From Eledone cirrhosa (lineage: Eukaryota): a stretch of 64,000 nt of DNA. Location of the stretch: assembly GCA_964016885.1 (NCBI GenBank), contig OZ024740.1, positions 369,458,001 to 369,522,000 on the forward strand, written 5' to 3'. The position numbers were made by a program, and so were the translations under genes. This document shows positions 14,001 to 26,231 of this stretch, piece by piece. Position 1 is the first letter of the stretch. Every line of letters starts with the position of its first letter. The notes below the pieces were generated by a model, which saw only the letters and a list, made by a program, of their open reading frames with translations, was not told the DNA's origin and ran no database searches.

Positions 14001-14911
14001 CTGAAGGAAGGGACAGTAGGCCAGGGGATGTCCAAGGAGGAAATAACATCAAGGAGGAAGAGCAGCCATAAGGGAAAATCCCTTCATATTACCTTCTTTG
14101 AGAAAACTGAATTTAGAGATCCACAGACATGGAACTGGTTGAGAAGAGGAGACCTCAAAAAGGCTACAGAAGGAATGCTAATGGCTGCGCAGGAGCAGGC
14201 CCTCAAAACGAAGTGGTTGAAGCACCATATCTACAAGGAGGAGGCTAGCCCACTGTGCAGGATCTGTGGAGAGAGAGAGGAGACTGTGGCTCACATTGTT
14301 TCCGAGTGTAAACACCTAGCCCAGACCCACTATAAGGGCTGGAGACACGATGTGATGGGCAGGGTGATCCACTGGCACCTGTGCAAAGTAAACAATTTAC
14401 CACATTCTGAGAAATGGTATGAGCATAGGCCAGAGGCGGTGATGGAGAACAATCAGGTGAAGGTGCTGTGGGATTTTAGGATACAGACGGACAAAAAACT
14501 GGAACACAATAGACCTGACCTGGTGGTTGTGGACAAAGAAAAAAGATCGTGTCTGATTGTGGATGTGGCCTGCCCGTTCGACACGAGAGTGCAAGAGAAG
14601 GAGAGGGAGAAAATTAACCGATACCAGGACCTAAAGTGGGAGGTGAAAAGGATTTGGAACTGCCATGAAGTCAAAGTGATCCCGATTGTCATAGGCGCAC
14701 TGGGGACTATCTCCAACAGTTTCCAGGGATGGTTAAAGAAAATCGGCCCCTTCACGCTTTTTGGAACGCTTCAAAAGGCATGCTTGCTGGGAACAGCAAG
14801 AACCCTCCGATACGACCTGAATATCTGAGGCTGCAGGTAGTGGCTTGATATTCAATCCAACGGACTTTCCAGTTAACCAACATCAATGACTGAGATTCAA
14901 GGAATAACAAC

Positions 14912-14976
<65 letters not shown>
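11091..14976 (+). mobile_element. R4/Dong-clade retrotransposon copy D with 5'-shortened leader
   Basis: Begins directly after copy C's TAA tail at a point equivalent to ~7245 of copy C. ORF remnant 11437-14828, tail ~14903-14976. Confidence 0.93.
11437..14828 (+). pseudogene. Nearly intact R4-type RT/REL ORF (1 frameshift, 1 stop)
   Basis: -1 frameshift near 12210 and TAG at 12690-12692. The 704-aa C-terminal fragment carries complete RT, CCHC and PD..D..K motifs. Confidence 0.92.
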
Positions 14977-14977
<1 letters not shown>

Positions 14978-17900
14978 TTGGTGTATAGAAGGTCATGAAA
15001 TCGCTCCCGTAAATTTTCGATTTTTAACATATTTAAATCAACTGTGAAATAACAATTCTTAGTACAAATGATGCATAAAGCACCAGACTCAAGTCTCAGG
15101 AAAATTCGGATCCATAATATATTGTTATATCGCTCAAATATTCAATTTTGTAATATACATTTTATATTCAAAAAAGAAAATGGTTATAAATGGAAGAAAA
15201 CCCCCTTTGCCTACACTATATAGAACAGCCAAATAACAGTCATTTCACCAAGACCATAAACTAGATACACCACGTACCCCATCACTCCTCTGCGTACACT
15301 AAATGCAACAGCCAGATAACGGTAATTTCACTACAACCACCACCAATCCCAGCATAATAATTATAATTACTATTATTATTGTCTCAAGTTTTCACAAAAT
15401 GTTTAAATCCAGTATTACGTATATATGTCAACACATATACGCGACTAACCGCATAGATTCACCGATCAAACAAATATACAGTCTATTCAAAAAAACTCAG
15501 TAACGGCAACGCCATCACTACAGTCACCGCCGCCACCACCCATCCATTATTGCTAGCACTATCCCATCACCGCCGCCGCCACTCCTTCATTGCTACCACC
15601 GCTATCCCTCTATTATCTTCTGTTAACTTACGAAAGAGGAAGGTGGCGGTATCACTAGACAATATTAATAAACAATATTAATATTTAATTTTGAATCGAA
15701 AAGGATAAAAATGGCAAAATGACTAAATAGCTAAATAGCTAAAGATAATTTCACCACCAACACCACCACCACTACCACGCTAAAAACTCTGGTCAAGTTG
15801 CCTCAACCTCTATTCCTACTCCAACTTCAACACCATCACTACAGTACTACGATCACATCACCACCACCACTGCCTCATTATCGCTACCGCCGCTATTCTC
15901 TCCCACTTCATCCAGCTAGGTACTACTAGCACAGCACCGCCGCCACCACCCCACCACTGCCTCATTATCACTACCGCCGCTATCCTCTCCCACTACCCCG
16001 TGCTACATCGTAGTGTCCGCACTAAAAGAGGAAGGCATAAAAATATATAAATAGACTGAATTGATGACCCGGTCAAAATCAAAAACCAAAATCAAAATCA
16101 AAGCAGCACAGCAACAACGAAAAACGTAAAGAAAAGAAAAATGAAGAGAAAAACAAACAGACGGACAGAGAAGAGAAGGGAAAAACTAAGTCAGACATTC
16201 AAACATTACAATGAAACGTATGCTTATAATTTTTTTTTTTTTTTTTTGGGGGGGTGCCTGTTTGTTTGTTTGTTTATTTATGTTCGTCTACAGCGTAATA
16301 ATGCCACACAAAAATCACCGGGTGTGACGAAATCACCGGAGGTGATGAAATCACCGGTGGTTATGTAACCATACATTCGCCAATCCTTGATAAGTTTGTT
16401 TAAATGTCGAACATAAACAGTTCAATTAACAGTGATGTGGAGACTAGAACGTCATGTGACAGATTCTCATCCAACAGGTGCTCCCTGGCTCAGCAGCAGG
16501 GACCTGGCTGTCAACCAAATACTGCTGGTGTCGGAGAAAGAAGAAGAAGGAAAGGAACCAGAACCAACTGGACGAAATAATTGAATAGAACTGTTATGCA
16601 ATGTTACCTGAAGAGTAACCCCAAGGAGAAAGACTATAGGAAACGGATGCATAACATCTGGAACGAGATTGGTCTATTTAAATTAGATGGACAAAAATTG
16701 GCCGGGCAGGCTCGGGTAATAAGAACTAATGGGTGGATAAGCGAGCTGGAACTGGAGGAAATGAGCAGAGAGATTAGCTTCGAGATGGAGAGTGGGAAAT
16801 GAAGGTGAAGAGATTGAGAGAACGGAGGAACCACCCGAAGCAGACAATGATCTGAATGCTGAAATAAATAATACCTGGAACAGAGATACGGCCACTGAGG
16901 AGATGAATGCTGACGGGCTAGGACAAGATTTGGTTGATATCCTAAACTTAGTGCTAGATGAATTGAACAATGATAGTGTGAAACCTATGAACCTAAGATT
17001 TGTAGACAGGAAAAAGTTAAAAGAAACAACAGCTAAGGTAAACAAAGTCATCCCATACCTTGAGGCGAGGAGCATTCACCAGTGCAACAATATCCTCAAA
17101 GCAACAGCAAATACGGTGAGAAATTACTTGGTATAAAAGCGAGAGGAAACAACAAACAAGAAAGATCAGAGCCTTGGTGAAAGAAACCACTGAGTGGTCA
17201 AATCAGGGAAATGAGAAATGACATTGGAAAGCTTGAGTCCCTACTGAATGGGACACTAAAAAACATAGACACTAACAATAGACTGGAAATAAAGTACAAA
17301 ACTAGGAGGAAAAAACGAAATATTATCATAGAGGAACTGAAGCAACGCATTGTAGCAAAGAGTGCAAAAATCAGGCGATAAGAGAACAGATTCAGTCAGT
17401 ATAGACAGAACCGCATGTTTGACAACAACCAGAAGATGCTGTTTGGACAGCTTGAAGCGAAAGAAAGAGGCAACGACTTGATCCCTGAGGCGGAACAAAC
17501 TAAAACATTCTGGAGAGGAATATGGGAGCAGGATGTTAAACATAATGACCAGGCAGTGTGGATTGAGACAGTACAGAAGGAGATTAGTGAACAGGCACAC
17601 CAACAAACTGATTTGAGTATCACATTTGAAACTCTTAAGGGGCAGGCCAAAAAACTAACCAACTAGAAATCACCAGGCCCAGATGGTGTGCAGGGGTATT
17701 GGATTAAAAATATAACATCCCTCCACCCGGAACTGACAACCATGTTCAATGACTGCGAAAAGTGAGAGCAGGTTAGAAGTTGGGAAAGGGAGAGTATAGC
17801 ATCAATCACCTCCTCTTCATGGACGAGCTTAAGCTCTTCGGGAAGAGTGAGAAGGAGTTGGATGTTCTTGTTGAAACTGTCCGTATTTTCAGCAATGATA

Positions 17901-18670
17901 TATGTATGCAATTTGGTATTACTAAGTGTGGAGTCCTTGTGATGACGAGTGGTAAATTGAGCAGAAGCAACGGAATCCAGGTACTAACAGGTGTGTCTAT
18001 TATTAGGTACAGTGCGGGAATTCTGAGATGGAATGTTGTGAACAAAATGAAATGGATAGGAAGACTAGGAAGCTATTAATTGTAGGATCTGTGTAGGATC
18101 TGTGGAGAGAGAGAGGCGACTGTGGCTCACATTGTATCCGAGTGTAAACAACTAGCCCAGACTCACTATATAGGCTGGAGACATGATGTGATGGCACCTA
18201 TGCAAAGTAAACAATTTACCACATTCTGAGAAATGGTATGAGAATATGACAGAGTCGGTGATTGAAAACGATCAGGTGAAGTTGCTGTGGGATTTTAGGA
18301 TACAGACGGACATGAAACTGGAACACAATAGGCCTGACCTGGAGGTTTTGGACAAGGAATAAAGATCGTGCCTGATTTTAAATGGGCACATTTGACACGA
18401 GAATGCAAGAAAAGGAGAGGGAGAAAATTAACCGATACCAGGACTTGAAGTGAGAGATAAAAAGGATTTGGAACTGCCAACCCCGTTTTTGGGAACACTT
18501 CAAAAGGCATGCTTGCTGGGAACAGGAAGAACCCTCCGATACGTCCTGAATCGCTGAGGCTGCAGGTAGCGGCTTGATATTCATTTCAACAAACTTTCCA
18601 GTTAAATAACATCAATGAGTGTGACTCAAAGAGTAATAACTATGATAATAATAATACTAATAATAATAAT
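14977..18670 (+). mobile_element. R4/Dong-clade copy E, diverged, with multiple internal deletions
   Basis: Homologous leader (14985-16435), N-terminal ORF region, then deletions at ~17755, ~17992, ~18080, ~18195 and ~18480. Same 3' UTR and a degenerate TAA tail. Confidence 0.88.
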
Positions 18671-18748
18671 TGTTTCTACTTTTGGCACAAGGCCAGCAAT
18701 TATCCAGTGCATTGCCTGTACTTTATTTTATCGACTCCGGAAGGATGA
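18669..18748 (-). mobile_element. Partial tRNA-derived SINE (3' part)
   Basis: TTGTTTCTACTTTTGGCACAAGGCCAGCAATTATCCAG...TTTATCGAC matches the copies at 28.7, 33.8, 46.6 and 62.9 kb. Confidence 0.75.
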
Positions 18749-19319
18749 TTAATAATAATAATAAATTATTTGAAGAAAAGAAACAGACATAGATCGGAAA
18801 ACACACTGTTTATTTCAGGGGATAAGTTCTGTTTAATCAAAAATCCGACCAATTAATATGCAATCATCTCTGTGGCTGAAGATGTGACAGTTGCATATAT
18901 ATTTTTAAATATTTCCCCAATACAATTTCCTTGTTTTACATTTTGGTCGATTGTGGCTAAATTTCAGATTTTGAAAGGAAAATGGACAGTTGAAAGATCA
19001 CTTCTTTCTCCCACCACCACATTCACAATCATTTCCTCACACATTCACACCAGTAAACCCCCAATCTATTTTTAGACTACTGTCACTGACTGCTACCTAC
19101 CTCCATTCTCAGTGTCTTATGTGTGGGTATATATATATGTGTATATACATACGTGTGTATAAGTATGCACGTGTGAATGTATATTTATGTATGTGTATAG
19201 AGCCCACCTAAAGTGCAAAACAAAGGGGAAGAAAAAAAATGAATACTTGCACGGCATTTACACCTCAAATTCAAAATAGACAGAAAATAACATCGGAGAA
19301 GCAACTCCTATAAGCTACA

Positions 19320-20480
19320 ATGTCACCCTACCCACTACCACTCCCAGCATCCCGACCCACAGAATTAATCTCCCTGCCACTACCACCAACACCACTCACA
19401 CCACAAGAACAGTTGAGAACATTCTCGTACACCTCTTACAGCTGCAACCATAACAATATCACCTCAATCAACAACAGCAATGACCATAACTATACTGTTA
19501 TAATAGTAAAAATGATCTCAGTGCCAGCCAGCAAATGCACTGCCCCAAAAGCAGGGAAACTTTCTATGTACGTCCAATACCATGCGTAACGCAAGCATCT
19601 ACTGCGAGATGAACAAATACAAATTAATACACAATACCCAATCGCTTTTCCTATTGCTAATCAGGAAGCGCGTCCCTCAGGAAGGTGCAAAAAGTGCTCC
19701 TCTGGCACAAACTCTTCTCCAATTATGGACCTGGATGGTCACTTGATAGGGATTGCCCCAACTCGAACCCTCCAGATCCACCACCTAAACCACCTCAAAA
19801 AGAAAAACCTAAAAGGATAAAATGGCCCCGAGAAGAGTATAAAGAAGTAATATATGCATATCATTATGCATTAGGTAAGCCATCTCAAGACAGACATACT
19901 TTAAACTCCTACAAAATCGGAATCAAGCTAGCAGACGTGATATGGATGGAAATAAGTTGGCAAACGTAAGAAGGTATATCTTCAGAAATAATAGACTCAC
20001 AGACACTGAACTAACTGCGATCAAGCAGGCTGTGGAGAATGACATAAATATAAATGATGAAAGAACTGAAGAATCTCCTGGAGATATTAACCAGTCACAA
20101 GTCTTTACTGAAAGACCTCCATCTGACCAAATCACAAATAGGTTTGTAGAAATGAGAAGCCCTATTGAACCCGCTGAAAATAGCTAGGAGAGGGACTTAG
20201 AAACAGTAATTGAAAACCAAACATCTGCTGAAACACACAGGGAGACTAAGATGGAATTAAAGTAAAAAATACTGAATGGGCCTTCAGTAGTAAGACATTC
20301 TAGTATAAATGATAGAGAACAACTTCAAAATCTCCCAAATACAATGCAAAATAGAAAACAAATAATGGTTGATAATTCTGTGACAAAAGAAATCATAGAG
20401 GAACTAGAACCTGATCTTACTAAGTTAAATGAAATCATGTATACATCTGCTAGTGTAATTGAAACAAGTTGTTTACCGCA
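19320..20480 (+). mobile_element. 5' fragment of a second, distinct R4-clade family (N-terminal Myb-like region)
   Basis: KRIKWPREEYKEVIYAYHYALGKP and NKLANVRRYIFRNNRLTDTEL parallel RTNWTKELNRTVMQCY and QKLAGQARVIRTNGWISELEL of the main family. No obvious DNA-level identity to it. Confidence 0.6.
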
Positions 20481-20494
20481 AAAAAAAAAAAAAA

Positions 20495-21942
20495 AAGAGA
20501 GAAGGAGTTGGATGGATTTGTTGACACTGTCCGTATTTTCAGCAATGATGCATATGTATGCAATTTGGTATTAATAAGTGTCGAGTCCTAGTGATGAAGA
20601 GGGGGTAAATTGAGCAGAAGCAACGGAATCGAGGTACCAAGAGGTGAGATGATAAAGGAAATTGACACTGAAGAGGGATACAAATATTTAAGTGTTCTGG
20701 AGGCAGATGACATCAAGAACAAAATCATGAAGGAATTGATAAGATCTGAGTACATAAGGAGAGTAGGGAGCGTATTAAAATCACATCTGAACATTAGGAA
20801 TGTCATAAGTGTAGTGAATTCCCGAACTGTGTCTATTATTAGGTACAGTGCGGGAATTCTGAAATGGAATGTTGTTGAACAAAAAGAAATGGATAGGAAG
20901 ACTAAAAAGCTATTGACTATCTACAACATGTTCCACAAGAGGAGTGATGTCGATAGACTCTACTTAAAGAGATCTGAAGGTGGAAGAGTTCATATCAGCA
21001 TAGAGGACTGTGTTCAGGTGGAGAAGAACAACCTGCACAAATACGTGACTGACAGTAGTGAGCAATTGCTCCAAATTGTACTGAAGGAGAAGACAATAGA
21101 CCAGGGGATGTCCAAAGAGGAAATAACAATAAGGAGGAAAAGCAACCTTCATGAAAAATCCATTCATAGTTCCTTCTTTAGGAAAAGTGAATTTAGAGAT
21201 CCACAGACATGAAACTGGTTAAAAAGGAGGAGACCTTAAAAAAGCTACAGAAGGAATGCTAATGGCTGCGCAAGTGCAAGCCCTCAAAACGAAGTGGGTG
21301 AAACACCATATTTACAAGGAGGAGGCTAGCTCTCTGTGTAGAATCTGTGGAAAGAGAGACGAGACTGTGGCTCACATTGTATCCGTGTGTAAACACCTAT
21401 CCCAGACTCACTATAAAGGCTGGAGACATGATGTGATGGGCAAGGTGATCCACTGGCATCTATGCAAAGTAAACAATTTACCACATTCTGTGAAGTCGTA
21501 TGAGCATAAGCCAGAGTCGTTGATAGAAAACGATCGGGTGAAGGTGCTATGGCATTTAAGGATACAGACAGACTAGGAATTAGAACACAATAGGCCTGAC
21601 CTTGTGGTTTTGGACAAGGAATAAAGGTCGTGCCTGATTGTAGATGTAGCCTGCCAATTTGACATGAGAGTGCAAGAAAAGGACAGGGAAAACATTAACC
21701 GATACCAGGACTTAAAGTGGGAGTTAAAAAGGATTTGGAATTGCCATGAAATCAAGGTCGTCCCGATTGTCATAGGCGCACTAGGTACTATCTCAAAGAG
21801 CTTACAAGGATGGTTAAAGAGGATTAGTCCTGCCCCGCTTTTTGGAACACTTCAAAAGGCATGCTTGCTGGGAACAACAAGAACCCCCCGATACATCCTG
21901 AATATCTGAGGCTGCAGATAGCTGCTTGATATTCATTTCAAT
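20495..21942 (+). mobile_element. R4/Dong-clade copy F, 5'-truncated and diverged, no TAA tail
   Basis: Begins just after the FMDD region following an A-run. CCHC and REL motifs present with stops. The 3' UTR is cut short at ~21942. Confidence 0.88.
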
Positions 21943-22834
21943 CATAAGATGCCATATAATGTTGTCGAACTTGACGTTGCACATCTTTTCAGCACAGCGG
22001 TGGATGCAGTCATTAAGACCTATGTCGAGGAATGCATGTCTGGCGTAGAAGGAACTGCGGAACTCTAATTGAATGCACTGCATGGCGAAGCATTTCTGAA
22101 GAGGAAGAGAGTCGGATGTATATCGAAATAGTTCAGTCTATTCATGTGTCCAGCTGGTAAAGTCCTGTTAGATTGGATACCCGAGAGGGTAAACATTGTC
22201 GTTCGTGTTCACCAGCACCCGGGAGCGCATTCATTGCACGTCCGTGATGGAGTCCGTTATTCCCTCGACATCGTACTTAAGGTTCATACCCTGCGACTAA
22301 TCGTGGCTAAGATAAGCTAATTCATAGATAGATGGAAAACGACTGACCCCAGGCTCATGCAAGTGGTTGCACTCAATTGAAAACATTTCGCACGTCAAGC
22401 CTAGCAAAGAGATACCTATAACATCTAGACCACAGTTCGTCTGGGCAGTCCTTTATGAACTTCTTGTGACGATGGTAGCCTCCAAACATCTAACCAGCTA
22501 TTCGAATATTTAGCTGTAATAGACTTCATTGTTAACAGACCTTCAGATATCGTTGGCACCGAGCATCTTGGTCATTGGCATACTGTTTCTGTGTGGTGTG
22601 AGTGAAACTGATAGGGAGTGCCAAAATTGCATTATGTGTTCATTAAATAAAGTGTAAAATAATAAATATATATATTATTTTATCCTAACTTTTGATTTAA
22701 ATATTTGCCTATTCTATAAATATTGCATTCTTGATTGTGTCAAAGCCTATCGAAGTATTAATCAAAATACAATTGTACACAACGTGCTCAGAAACACAAA
22801 CAAGCCTGCACGAACACAAACATACACCCACTTG

Positions 22835-22914
<80 letters not shown>

Positions 22915-22916
<2 letters not shown>

Positions 22917-23452
22917 AGAGGTTATATTTAATTTGTTGGGATTCAACAAGCTTAAACATTTTTCTAACTGATATAAAGCACTCAACAGTATAGTGGAGTA
23001 AATATTCAATATATTAATAAATGGAAACTATATTTATAAACCTATAATTATTTTATTATATATATTCCAAGGGCAACCGAGGCAAATTATGGTGCGCTTT
23101 CATCAGATAAAATACAGATTTGTTTTATAAATAAATATTGACATACCCGGAAAAAGGAGAACCTTAACGGTTGAAACTTCCTGGATAGAGGAGATAATAT
23201 TTTATTGAGGGTAATACAAAGTTATGAGTGAGTATGCAAATGAGTGTCCGAAAAATTGAAAAGATAACTGTTTATTTACAGCACTCAACCGTTAAGGTTG
23301 TCTTTTTGCCGGGTATGTCAATATTTATTTATAAAACAAATCTGTAATTTATCTGATGAAAGTGCACCATAATTTGCCTTGGCTGCCCTTGAAATATATA
23401 TAATAAAATAATGATCGTTTTATAAATATAGTTTCCATTTATTAATATATTG
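22915..23452. mobile_element. Inverted pair of Penelope-like pseudo-LTRs (non-coding)
   Basis: ~22997-23174 is the reverse complement of ~23285-23452. Homologous to the pLTRs at 51-52 kb and 56-60 kb, each arm has a hammerhead core, and it is flanked by (TA)n/(TG)n. Confidence 0.8.
23345..23410 (+). ncRNA. Minimal type I hammerhead ribozyme (inverted copy 23049-23114 has GAAA>GGAA)
   Basis: TAATTTAT-CTGATGA-stem II (AAGTGCACCA/TGGCTGCCCTT)-GAAA-TATATA-TA-ATAAAATA. Confidence 0.7.
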
Positions 23453-23533
<81 letters not shown>

Positions 23534-23849
23534 TTGACAACAGGTCTATGACTTTAGTCTAGATAAGGTAATGACATGTGATGGTGGGGAGAGAGTGTAG
23601 AAGTTATTGTGGTGGCAGGGGACAGTGCGATGTATCTAGTTCATTTGACCGTTTTATTCTCTTTGCAAAATTTGAATTTTAGCCATGTTATATTGAGATG
23701 TAAGTAAATGTAAAATGTAAAATATAAATAAGGATTGCTCTGCTAAAATATACTAAAATATTTGTGTAACTTCCACAAACTTCTGTCGTGACATTCCCGA
23801 GTCCAGTGACCAACAAATTGTTGTATTTTGATGTTTCAGAATACAAAAA

Positions 23850-25177
23850 TTAATTAAATGTTTGCCATATACTTTGCAATGGTTTTCTGTATTGCATTCA
23901 GGAATTGCGTGCATGGTGTTTACATCCGATATCGAACCTCAGGCAGCATATTTAACATCAGGCGCTTTGCTGCGAAGACAAAAGTATTTACATCAATCAT
24001 AAGAGACCTCTTGTATGCAGATGATTGCGATCTTGTAGGGCACACAGAGAGTGATATGCAGCACATTTTGAATGCATTTTCTGACGCTTGCACTGCCCTA
24101 GGTCTGACTCAGTCTCAAGAAAACCGTCGTCATGTAACAACCTGCCCCTGGTAAGCAGTACACTGAACCAAACAGCTATGTGTATGGCAAACGACTTGGA
24201 GTGGTTGATCAGTTTGTCTACCTGGGAAGCACTGTCAATCGATACAGCAACCTTGACAGTGAAATCTCACTTAGGATTAGGAAAGCTAGAAAGGCGACTC
24301 TGGGGTCGGCGAGACATATGCAGGAGGACAAAGTTAAAGGTGTACAGGGCATGTGTGCTCTCTTGTCCTCGTTATGACTGCGAGACCTGGGTCACATATC
24401 GACACCACCTTAAGCAATTGGAGCGTTTCCATCAGATGTGTCTCAGACGGATCCATGGCGTTCACTGGAGGGACCACATCAGTTGTGTCGAGATTTTGGA
24501 AAGCTCTATGTGTGACAGTATAGAAGCTCTTGTGCTTAAGAAACGACTCCGTTGGAGTGGTCACCTTGCCAGGATGAAGGATTCTAGAATACCAAAACAA
24601 CTCTTTTATGGAGAGTTGGTTAAAGGAAAACAACCACCACATAAACCAAAAAAGAGGTATAAGTATTCCTTGAAAGCCTCACTGAAAGACGCTAACATCT
24701 CTGCTGATACATGGGAGAATATTGCTGCAGATCGTAATAAATGGAGAAAGACAGTATATGAGGGAAAAGTTGCCTTTGAGGCATCTCGAATCGCACACGA
24801 GAAAGTAAAGCGGGATGTGAGGAAGGGCATTGCTGTTGCACTTCCAGATGGCGTCCTCCTATGGTGCTGACATCCAGCGTATGTGCGAGACACTGCCTAA
24901 GCAAAGCTGGACTCGAAAGTCATATTCGCAGTCATAAAGTAAGACCAGTGGTTGACTACCAGGCTGCTGTTGGAGATGCTACTCATCATGCTTGCCAAAC
25001 ACGTGGTAGAGAATGTACATCAGCAGGAGGGCTCAAGCGACATGCAAAAGTACACAAACTCCAACCACAGCCGACTATTCCCAGTGAATGTTTTGGTTAC
25101 CGACTCTGTGCAAGACATTTTAGATCATTGGCTGGGCTAAAAAGCCACATTCGATCGCAGCGCTGTTAGTTGCTATC

Positions 25178-25211
<34 letters not shown>

Positions 25212-25503
25212 GCTTATGTGTGTGCGTGTGTGTGTATATATATATGTATATGTATATTATTATTGTTGTTGTCGTTATTATTATTGTTGTTATTATTATT
25301 ATTATTATTGTTGTTATTAAGGTATGTGTGTGTGTGTATATGTGTGTGTGAGTATGTGTGTGTGTGTGTGTGTATATATGTATATATATATATATATATA
25401 TTTCTTTTTTTTATTTTTATTTTATTTTTATTTATTTATTATTATTTTTTTTTTCTCCTCGTGCAATGGCCATACTCGATAACGATGGGGCAGCCATCAT
25501 CAT
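23850..25503 (+). mobile_element. 5'-truncated RTE-clade LINE with three C-terminal C2H2-like fingers
   Basis: LLYADDCDL, FVYLGSTV, KLKVYRACVLS..Y.CETW, RLRWSGHLARM..SRIPKQLFYGEL across frameshifted ORFs 23858-25169. RTE-like 3' end ATGGCCATACTCGATAACGATGGG..(CAT)n at ~25466-25503. Confidence 0.85.
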
Positions 25504-25519
25504 GTATGTATGTATGTCA

Positions 25520-25795
25520 GGTCACCAGTTGGTGCTACTGGTAACATGTATCCCAGTACAACCTGTTTCCTGGTCGTGTCGCTGGCGACTAAACTGGCAA
25601 CCCCACCAAGGATTCTTGGTGAGGAGGGTGACTTTGGACATCCTGCAGAACTAAAAACAAAACCTGTCAAAGGGCAAAGGTGCTCTTAAGAGTCAATGGG
25701 CATCCAAAATTACCGGGAGAGATGACCCCTTAGCCTTTGTCAAGGCAGAATTCTAGGAGAAGGAAAACTCTGATATAACACCTGCAACCCTGATG
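25520..25795 (+). repeat. Dispersed repeat resembling an RTE-type 5' UTR; inverted homologue at ~56190-56378
   Basis: GGCGACTAAACTGGCAACCCCACCAAG..TTGGTGAGGAGGGT..TTTGGACA..AAAGGGC..GAGTCAATG is shared with the reverse complement of 56240-56378. Contains AGGAGAAGGAAAACTCTGA. Confidence 0.55.
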
Positions 25796-26146
25796 GTATC
25801 CAATGATGTTGGCTTGTTCTTCGTTTTGGTAAATATCATTTTGGTTAAGAGAGTGGGACTGGCTTTGTGCAGTGCTTTTGCTCACTATAAAAGCTTCACG
25901 GCACAGGCATTGCTTTATATCTGGAGATCTCTCTGCACTTGTTGTCACATGGTACCATGGGCCCAGCACTATGTGTCAATTATTGTCACAGGTGTAGTGT
26001 TTGTACCAGAGTCTTCAAGTCGCTGGCTGGACTAAAAAGTCACACTCTTTCAGCGCATCGGTAGGGATTCTCCTACATGGATATAAAGTAGTGGCTGTAC
26101 TCGAAAACGTGTTGGCAGCCATCACGTACGTATGTATGTACCTATA

Positions 26147-26231
<85 letters not shown>

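Noticed and set aside
152-15030. Recurrent minus-strand ORFs (e.g. MAFLLFRCDF, MVTSLPLIRS, MKGPIFFNHP)
   Set aside because: Antisense shadows of the repeated RT ORF. Their recurrence reflects the repeat, not independent genes.
21945-22600. GC-richer stretch possibly from an L1/Tx1 3' end
   Set aside because: Only a vague C..E..H pattern with many stops; cannot be assigned.
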